Shown: one piece after another, positions 55,303 through 64,000 of the stretch | How the letters are laid out: every line of letters begins with the position of its first letter | Numbering within the stretch: the stretch's first letter is position 1 | Assembly: GCA_964016885.1 (NCBI GenBank) | Contig: OZ024746.1 | Coordinates: 82,150,001 to 82,214,000, forward strand | Direction of reading: 5' to 3' | Source of the DNA: Eledone cirrhosa | Lineage: Eukaryota | Length of the DNA stretch: 64,000 nt | Translations under genes and position numbers: made by a program | Notes under the pieces: generated by a model | Database searches by the model: none | Seen by the model: the letters and a program-made list of their open reading frames with translations, nothing else | Told to the model about the DNA's origin: nothing

Positions 55303-56952
55303 GCATACATGTGTGTGTGTATATATATATATATGTATGTATACATATGTATGTATATATATATGTGTGTGTGTGTGTGTGAGTGTGTATGTATGTTTAT
55401 ATGAGTTCATCCAGTGTGTATGTATATATTCTTATCTCTTATTGTTTCTACTTATTCATGTCGACATGTTTTTATTTTTATTTTAGCCATAAGTAGTATG
55501 TTCAGATTAAAAAAATATGCTGTTAACTATTTATGATTACAGACGAAAATTGTCTACCTTGTGGGTGTATGTGTGGGTGTATGTGTGGGTGTATGTGTGG
55601 CTGTATGTGTGGGTGTATGTGTGTGTTCCAATATCACCGCAGTTATATTGGAAACAAGAACAGTTGCAAATCATTTAGATGGTTATGTATACGTGTATAT
55701 GCATGAATGTATGCGTATATGTATATGTAAATATATTCAGAGGAACACACATTTTAACACGCACTCCAACAGAAGTAAATGGATTTCTGTCGGTTTCTAA
55801 AATGAGTATTTGACTAATTCATCAAATGGAGTATCAACTCATTGCATTAGCGTGTAAATAGCTGAATATTCCACAGACACGTGTACCTTTAACGTAATCC
55901 TCAGTCAGAATCAGTGTAGTTCAACGCTGGATCTTTGAATTGCTTCCGTTTTGTTTCCGTCAAGTTATTTTCACTCACAAGTGCCCAATCTATGGTAAAA
56001 TACACTTGTCCCAAATGCTACGTAGTAAGATCGAACCAGGGACTTCTTGGAGGCGAAGCGACCTTCTTAACCATTAGCCATGCTGTATCTATCTACATAT
56101 AAATTTGGGCGACTTCTGTCCGTCCCTCCGTCCGTCACACAATGTGTGTGGTGTGTTTGTGTGAATGTATGTGAGTGTAAAAGGAACGAAGGGGATAGTG
56201 AAAAAACTATAGCAAAACAGCGGCTAGTATTCCATTTGCTACGCTGTGTGTCAGTATATGTGTATATGTCTTTGTGCAAATGTATGTGTGTGTGTTTGTG
56301 TGAATGTATGTGTATTTATGTGAATGAATGTCTGTGAGTGTGTATTTTTGCAAGTGTGTCTGGGTTTTAACTTTTATATTTATATACTCATATATATAAA
56401 TGTATTCATATGCACATAAACACACACATATACACATACGCGTCAGCGTGTTGAAAAAAATCCTAGTACACTATAACGCAACAAAATCACATACACTTGC
56501 GTGTATGCGCTATTCATTGCAACTCCGATGACAGCTTCAGATCGAAGATGTTTGGCAAAGTTATTGTCTATATTTTCAATATAACAGACAGTTGTTTTAA
56601 TATTAGAACACCAAATCAAAGACAATCTCATATTCTTTGATTACCGATGTTATCCTTCTAATAATACTGTGACATTTCATCTCAAGACGGGAAGCGTCAG
56701 CTTGGAACTTTTTTTTAATTTTCTGTTTCCCTTATTTCTTATTATTTGTAAACTAGGATGTTTGTCGATAAGTTTGTTATAATTCACTGATATTAACCAG
56801 CAGTAAGGTGTCAACGATCGAGTAGTTAAGATTATTATTATTTTCTTGAGATAAAATAAGTATCAGTAACGTACTCGGGTCGATTTAATCGACTTTCCCC
56901 TTTCCTTCAAATTAGTCGCCTTGTGCCTAAAGTAGAAATCATTATTTCCTTG

Positions 56953-57175
56953 GATTGGCATTATTTCCTCGGTAGAGGGTCGGACGCCATGATTGGCAGT
57001 ATCGGTAGAGGGTCGGATGCCATGCTTTGACGCATAGAGTTACGGCCCTCGCCATTCTGAGTTCAAATCCCGCCGAGGTTAACTTTGCCTTTCATCCTTA
57101 CGGGGGTCGATAAAATAAAGTACCAGTAATGTACTGAGTAATTGCTGGCCTTGTGCCAAAAGTAGAAACAATTAT
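56953..57175 (+). mobile_element. Young SINE with duplicated head segment
   Basis: Same family; cggtagagggtcgga.gccatg occurs twice. Confidence 0.85.
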
Positions 57176-58432
57176 TTCCTTGATCATTTTTACTCATCAG
57201 CAATTTCGCTTACTCTGACATTTTTTAATTACTCGGAGACACTATTTTCATGAAAAAAACAATAGTTAAGTAAGCAGTGGCCTACTGAATGTTATGATCA
57301 TTGTAGTAGCCGGTATAGTAACGAGAGTATCGTTCAGAAGATGTACAAAATAGTGTAAATGTCAAAATTATTAAAATAATATTATTCTAATATTATTCAT
57401 TTAGCTAATGTCTTTTCTTGTCCGCAAAATCATTTCGAATTAGAAATGTTTGATGTTCACTACATTAAATATATTAATGGATCCCCCGTCAGTTTTGAAG
57501 ATGAGCATTAAAGTGTGCAATCAACTGAAGGTCATTCTCGGGTGGAATAGTTTTCATAACAATACATGACAAGGCTGGACCTTTGAGTCACAGATACGAT
57601 CAATCCGAAGAGTTTCCACACAGTTTCTGTCTACCAAATACTACTCGCAAGGCCAGGATTGAGCCGAGGCTATGGGAGTAGACATATGCCCAATATACTA
57701 CACAGGGTTGACCTCGGCGAGATTTGAACTCAGAGAGCAGAGAATCAGATCGAATACTGCAAAGCATTCTATCCGACGTTCTAACGACTCTACCAATTCG
57801 CTCAATTTTCAAATTGGCTTAGATTTTCAAAAGATATTATGTTTTTTCCACTATACCATAAAAATAATTAATATGTTAACAATAATTTAACGATTGGCAT
57901 CTCTGATATCTTTTTATAATGTTAATTGACTATCATAACAGACCCAATCAGTATATAACACACAAATCGAAAAATGCCGCAAACATTAAAGTCATTTCTT
58001 CTCTGAAAATATCAAATCAAGATTCGAAAAGATTTATAATATAAGAGATATCTCTCCAGGGTGAGAAATTCTTGATTACACACCATAGTTATCAGAGTAT
58101 GAGTATATATATAAAAATAAAATTCTCTCAGGTTCATATCTCATTCCAAAATTCAAAAATATTCAGTTAATCATGTCGGTGCAGTGAATATTCTTTATGA
58201 TAGAGTAACTTTTAGATGTGCTAGTAAGTTCAATATTGTTTCCTCATGTAAATATATATATATATATATTGTTTAAATTCATAAATTGATATAGTAATCA
58301 GAGAATGCTTGTGTGTTCAGTGGAGACCTATTTCTCTATAGAATCTATCTTTTTTTTTTCTACTTGGTTTGGCTTTATATATTCATTTAAAATATTACAT
58401 GATCGCATTCATTTTGTCTTTCCTAAAAGCTT

Positions 58433-58478
<46 letters not shown>

Positions 58479-58483
<5 letters not shown>

Positions 58484-58857
58484 TACACCCGGCATTCGCG
58501 GTCCCTGTGTTCGCGGTCCCGGTTATTCGCGGGCGGAATTTTCCTTAGACACCTAACTAACAATTGTTCGTGGAAACCACCGCATGTTCACGGAATCGTA
58601 AATATCTTCCGCGACTTTTTATTGCTTTCTTCGTGGCAATATATATATTTTTAACGCTAAATTATTTATAATAATATACCGTATATGTTGCTGGCCTATT
58701 GAACGCCTCTTCACATAAGATGCTCCCTCTTTTTTTATTATATTTTACGTTATATTTTGACGTTTATATTTTTATGGACCACTTCCAATATTCACGGTTT
58801 TTCGCTCTTCGCGGGTATTCTAGGAACGTAAGCCCCGCGAATACCGGCGGACAACTG
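58479..58857. mobile_element. Tigger/pogo-like MITE
   Basis: TA flanks; termini tagtgtacacccggcattcgcgg / ccgcgaataccggcggacaactg. Confidence 0.8.
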
Positions 58858-59118
58858 TATATAGTGAGAGAGAGAGAACGAGAAAGAGTGAGGAGTGAGA
58901 GAACGGGGGGACAGAGAAAGCGAGAGCAGTCACCCATGTATGAATGTCTCCTCTTTCCTCGCCACGGACTTGGTCAAAGGAAAGGCAAAGAGTCCGAATG
59001 GGCACTGCGAGGGCTCTCGTTCGATGTTCTAGTAGTTCCACCGCCCTAGATCCCCCAAACAAATACCACGAAATATTTTGACATCATAATGGTTCTGACA
59101 ATTCAACACGATTTTATT

Positions 59119-60054
59119 TCTATATCTCTCTATATATATATAAAATTCTTTGGCTGTCTGTCTGTCTGTTGCTATGCATTCTCAAACGGCTGGACCAAAT
59201 CAAATCAAATTTTACAGGGTAATAGTCTTAGACCCCGGGAGTGTCAACATGTAATTTTTATTTTCATTTGGATTAAAAAAATATAATATTTTATCTAAAA
59301 TAATCTTTCTATAGTGAACTATAGTAAACCACCACCACCACCACCACCACCACGATGACCTCACATTGTATATGAGTGTGTATGTGTCTGTGAGTGTATA
59401 TGCGTTTGCAAGTTCGTTACATACGTTAGGCCTCAGAGACTTAAGCACACACACACACAGCTACACATACAGATACATATGTGATGACAGACAGGTGTGC
59501 GTGAAGGTATATCTGTGTGTGTCTGTCTTAGTATATGCATGTGAGTGTATGTGAGAGTGTGTGTGTGAGTGTATATGAGAGAGTATATGTGTGTGTTTGT
59601 GAGTTCGTTTCATACGTTAGGCCTCAGAGAATTAAACACATACACACATCTAGACATACATATTGACAATTAAAGACACACACATCTACACATACAGATA
59701 CATATGTGATGACAGGTGTGCGTGAATGTATGTCGGTGTGTGTCTGTCTTAGTATATGCATGTGAGTGTATGTGAGAGTGTGTGAGTGTATGTGAGAGTG
59801 TATATGCAACAATTTCTTCATTTGGACACCAACAAAAAATTACACACTGAATATTGTTTACCCTATGGTGCTTCAGGATTGACATATTTTCATTTCTAAA
59901 TTCTATTATCATTACAATTTTGATATTTTTTAAAATAAAATATAGATATTTTGAAATAATTATGAGAAGAAAAAAAAATATATCTTCATATTTATTGTTT
60001 ACTAATCTGAATAAGAACAGCAGTAACCCGGGCAACGCCGGGTAATTCAGCTAG
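59119..60054 (+). mobile_element. Non-autonomous Helitron
   Basis: 5' TC-tatat..tgtctgtctgtc; 3' hairpin cccgggcaacgccggg then CTAG|T; internal duplicated CA/TG-rich blocks. Confidence 0.8.
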
Positions 60055-60558
60055 TATATTCATATTTATGAATATCTTATTTAGATATTTATTTATACAA
60101 ATTGTCAGAGTGCACTATTACTGTCTAACATAACTTTTAAAAGGCGTGGGGTTCACAGCTGGAATTCTTTTGAATTCCTGCTCGATAATGGCTAATCTGG
60201 GGTAAACAACAACAACTGACAGATAACCTTTAGTAAAATAAATATTTTGTTATACAATGTGCCCTGGATCACCGAATGGTATTATATGGTCTAAGACTTT
60301 CCTTTCATATTATTAAATATAATGAAGCATGATTCCATAGATCCTCAGCTTCGGAATAAATATAGATGTAATTTATGGAATTATTTAATTAATAAACTTG
60401 AATGGCTTTTTCTCTCTTCTTTCTCCCCCCCCCCCTCCTCTCTCTCTCTCTCTCTCTCTCTCTTATCGCCAGTTTCACTATTCCATCTTCAACTATGACA
60501 AATGTCATTCAGATGATGTTTTCGATCTAATCTCTTCAAATTTATTCTATTTTTGTAA

Positions 60559-60688
60559 AAAGCTGATTACGTATATGATATCAAACTTACAAAGCTGATT
60601 ACGTATATGATATCAAACTTACAAAGCTGATTACGTATATGATATCAAACTTACAAAGCTGATTACGTATATGATATCAAACTTACAA
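60559..60688. repeat. 32-bp minisatellite x4
   Basis: aaagctgattacgtatatgatatcaaacttac repeated exactly. Confidence 0.95.
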
Positions 60689-60785
60689 GAGTTGTAACAC
60701 GTTCTTCTCATCAAATGTATTTCATATGTATTACTCTTACATGATGTATTAATACAGATCTAAATGTGTAAAAGTTTGTCTACAC

Positions 60786-60973
60786 CAGGCATATCAAACT
60801 GAGGGTCCGAGGGCCACATGGGTCACATATGTGTTGTCTAAGGGCCACACATGACAACTAATTGCCCACATTACAACTAATATTTTTTTTTATTTTATAT
60901 TACGTTCATGCTGTAAAAACCTTTGTGCAGGCCGCAGGTTTGCTTGTAAAGGGCCGCATGTTTGACATGCCTG
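60786..60973. mobile_element. hAT (Charlie-like) MITE
   Basis: TIR caggcatatcaaac / gtttgacatgcctg; perfect 8-bp TSD gtctacac. Confidence 0.92.
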
Positions 60974-61622
60974 GTCTACACGTCTACCATTCGAATTGTG
61001 TATAAGTGAAAGCCTTCGCTGTCGAATAAATTTTACGTAAAAGCGTATCCCGGCCAAATAAATTACAAATACGTGCCGAATGTTTGGTAAACGTTTAAAA
61101 GCTTATCTCTATCAAAATGAATGGTTGGTGTGTTAAGCCTTCGAAATGAATGTTTAATGCATGAATATTTGAATATTTATGCCTGTCGAAGAGCTTAGAA
61201 ATCTCGTAACGCAGAAGAATGGACCGTAATTACAACAACAATTAGAAAAAGGAGTTGAATTTTACAAGATTCGAAAAGATTTATAATATAAGAGATATCT
61301 CTCCGGTTTTTGTTTCAGACATAATGTATGTGTGCTTGTGTGTGTGTGCGTGTATGTAAGTGTGTGTGAGTCGTTTTTAAAATACTGTAAGATGTGGCTT
61401 GTGGGAGATTTGGATGCTCTCTCGTTAGTATGCAAGGATTATGTTGCTTTTTAGTCTCATGTTAGTCGTGAATAATCAGACTTATGACTAAGCATGATCC
61501 AGACGACTCCATTTCCATCTTTGGGAATCTAGAACAATATTATTCACTGCGTCTTTTCCATTTTTGAAATGATACAGTGTGATTAGATGCTATTTTTAGC
61601 AGATCGATTGACCATCTAAGAC

Positions 61623-61797
61623 TAATGTTTCTCAAACCTTATAATCCCATGCCTCACTACGATTTTCAAAAAAAGAGTTGCGCCCCATCATGAATGAATA
61701 ATGTTAGTGTATATCATATGTAACATAGTATGTATACTTCATTGTGAAGTCCCATGCCTCACCAAAATATTGTCATACCCCACCTTGAAAAACACTG
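61623..61797. mobile_element. Old hAT MITE
   Basis: Degenerate TIR taatgtttctcaa / ttgaaaaacactg; TSD not conserved. Confidence 0.5.
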
Positions 61798-62169
61798 GTG
61801 TAGAAGTTCTCTTTCTTACCGAGGAAAGTTATTTTATTAGGGTAAAGTATCATTATGAGATCATTAAACAAAAAGATTTTTCTTGATTCTCTACTCTAAA
61901 TTTTACAGTTTATCTTCTCAGTAAAATCAGTTATATGACCTCATCAGACCTACCAACATCTAAAAACCCCAAACTGTACCCATTTCCACAAGAGAAGACA
62001 TCCAAAGTGTGTGAGAGATCTCCCCGTCGGACGGGGAGAGTTGACACGTCTGCCTCATAGTTGTTATAAATCCAACTCGTAATTATTATACAATTCAGTA
62101 TTTACATATTTATATATTTAAATTTGAAAAAGGAAAACAATGATAGAAATAATCTACTATTGTCTAAGT

Positions 62170-62560
62170 TTCGAAGAAAAACAATCGTTGCAAGAAGCTT
62201 ATATATGATAATGTACGAAATTTACCAAAATGAAATATCAAGTCTATGGATATAGCTATTAATACAGCATCATCAAAAATGCAATGCGTATTCACGGCTA
62301 CACTGAATATCTTTAAAGGGTTATCATTGTATTTTTCCACTGAGAATACTTTCATACAAAATATATTTCTAAATTTTCTCATATCTACAAATGTAGAATT
62401 GACAGAATTGTGGATAAAAAAAAAAAAATACTGACAATCTTCATTTGTCAAATCAAAAAACATAGAATGGTAAAACATATTTCTCGGAGAGTTCCGAATC
62501 AAAAGTTTGACAGACGACGAAGTGATTATGATTCCCAATCTAAATATTTTTATCTAGATC
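62170..62560 (+). pseudogene. Possible PLE GIY-YIG endonuclease remnant
   Basis: KCN.., YFSTENTFIQ (like YIG.TENTFK.R), N.ELTELWIK (like N.T.LS..IW.LK), IEW. Confidence 0.35.
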
Positions 62561-62651
62561 TAGTAATTTTTGCTTGTGCCTAAATTAAACCATTCAGATT
62601 ATTATTTTCTAAATTATTTTACTTGATTGTCATATAATTTAGTGAAATATA

Positions 62652-63230
62652 TCTATATATATATAACTGAGGATGTCTGTCTGTGTGGGTGTGAGTTTGA
62701 ATCTCTAAAACTAGAGAACCACCCAACCGACTGTTTTCAAACATTACACATGTAATACTTATGTTTCAGGGAGTGTTCTGAGCAAAAAAGATTTAAAATT
62801 TGTAATGCCCTAGGGACCGCATTGGGCGATTTAGCGATCTCTCTCCATAATTCTTAGTCTTTCTCTTTTTAGATAGATACATACATATAACGTCGCGCCC
62901 TTATAATATCTGTCTGTATGTCTGACTGTCTGCATTACGTCACTTCGCACAATTCGACGCACCCTTATAATATCTGTCTGTATGTCTGGCTACCAGCTGC
63001 CTCCGGTTATTCCGCCACCCTTGCTCAAGACAAATCTCACACTCATTCCCCAAACAGTTGGTAAGAGCACACAACTTCTTCCTCACGTTTTAAGCGACAG
63101 TGTTGCTTACTTACGTACTACCAGACCCTTACTTCTTTGCCAGCCGTGGTTGTGGCAATACTAAGCTTAGCTAAGACGGTTATATATTTCACAATACCTT
63201 ATCCCGTGCAACGCCGGGTACCACTGCTAG
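62652..63230 (+). mobile_element. Non-autonomous Helitron
   Basis: A|TCtatatatatataac..tgtctgtctg; 3' hairpin cccgtgcaacgccggg then CTAG|T. Confidence 0.82.
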
Positions 63231-63779
63231 TATTTTATAAAATAGTTCGTTTAAAATATTGTATAAAGAAGATGTGTCACTCGAACAAAATGGAACTTGT
63301 TATAGACTGTGATCAAAACGACGTTTCACTGTGATCAAACTTGAAATACCGGTGTCAGAGTGCTGCATTTGTTTTGCCAATTATTGTAATTCTGTTTTCT
63401 TTCATTCATTCAATTCATTCCTTCTATTTTCGTTCGTCTTCATCTTCATATTTGTTCTATTTTCCTTTATTCTACCCGTCAATATGCCAAAATTCAAATA
63501 ATACAAGCAAACATTTTGGAAATGGTTGATAAATGATGTGACAACTCAAAAGCAGGCAAATGCAGCCCACGGAGATGAGAATAATGTCCATTACAAGTAC
63601 GGTAAAGGTGATTTGAAAGTAAAATATCATATCAAGATTTGAAGCAATATACACAGAATGAATAGCATAAGAATGCGTTGCCATTGAAAATTGTTGTCCT
63701 TTTAACTTCTATTTTCAAAGCTAGTAATAATACTGAATCATCAAAAATCGAAGAAGCAATAGCTATATTGTTATTCTAG

Positions 63780-64000
63780 ATGTGCGGTGTGACTACTGAG
63801 GATGATGTCAACTCAACTGAACTCCTGAAAAGACTGCTGATCGACGACCTCGAGAATGTGCTTCATAGGAGACGCATGCGCAGGTACTGCCGTCGAGCGC
63901 AGTAAGGGCTGAATCAGCAAAGTGATGAATGTAGATCCAGGAGGCAGTCGAGGCCCAGGAAGACAAAAAAAGGACTTGGATGGAGGATATCTGTCGGGAT
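63780..64000 (+). pseudogene. RTE-clade LINE C-terminal remnant (runs off window)
   Basis: MCGVT.ED.V.S.ELLKRLLIDDLENVLHRRRMR.Y and G.RG.GRQKRTWMED. Confidence 0.75.

Noticed and set aside
56087-56228. Possible mini-Helitron (TC...gctagt)
   Set aside because: 3' hairpin not evident; too degraded to call
63771-63910. Apparent host exon after ttctag
   Set aside because: Translation matches the RTE LINE C-terminus

Overview
AT-rich, repeat-saturated eukaryotic DNA, intergenic or intronic; the SINE families and microsatellite load suggest a cephalopod/octopus genome (inference). No intact host protein-coding gene is supportable, and nearly all listed ORFs are microsatellite or TE artefacts. The window holds decayed LINEs (R4/Dong, RTE, CR1/L2, Tx1, CRE-like), Penelope-like (PLE) remnants, a Tc1 fossil, a 2.3 kb non-autonomous LTR element with a tRNA-Trp PBS, Helitrons, MITEs and many tRNA-derived SINEs. 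The main signal is a microsatellite-partitioned retroelement community. (TA)n arrays host about seven families of short non-coding elements carrying type I hammerhead ribozyme (HHR) motifs, often as fold-back palindromes and some with non-canonical cores. (TACA)n arrays host Dong-like LINEs and RTE-derived non-autonomous elements in fixed, opposite orientations. Also notable are a ~14 x 62 bp array of SINE Pol III heads and a ~1 kb near-perfect inverted duplication centred on a (TA)n tract. All coordinates and folds were read by eye.
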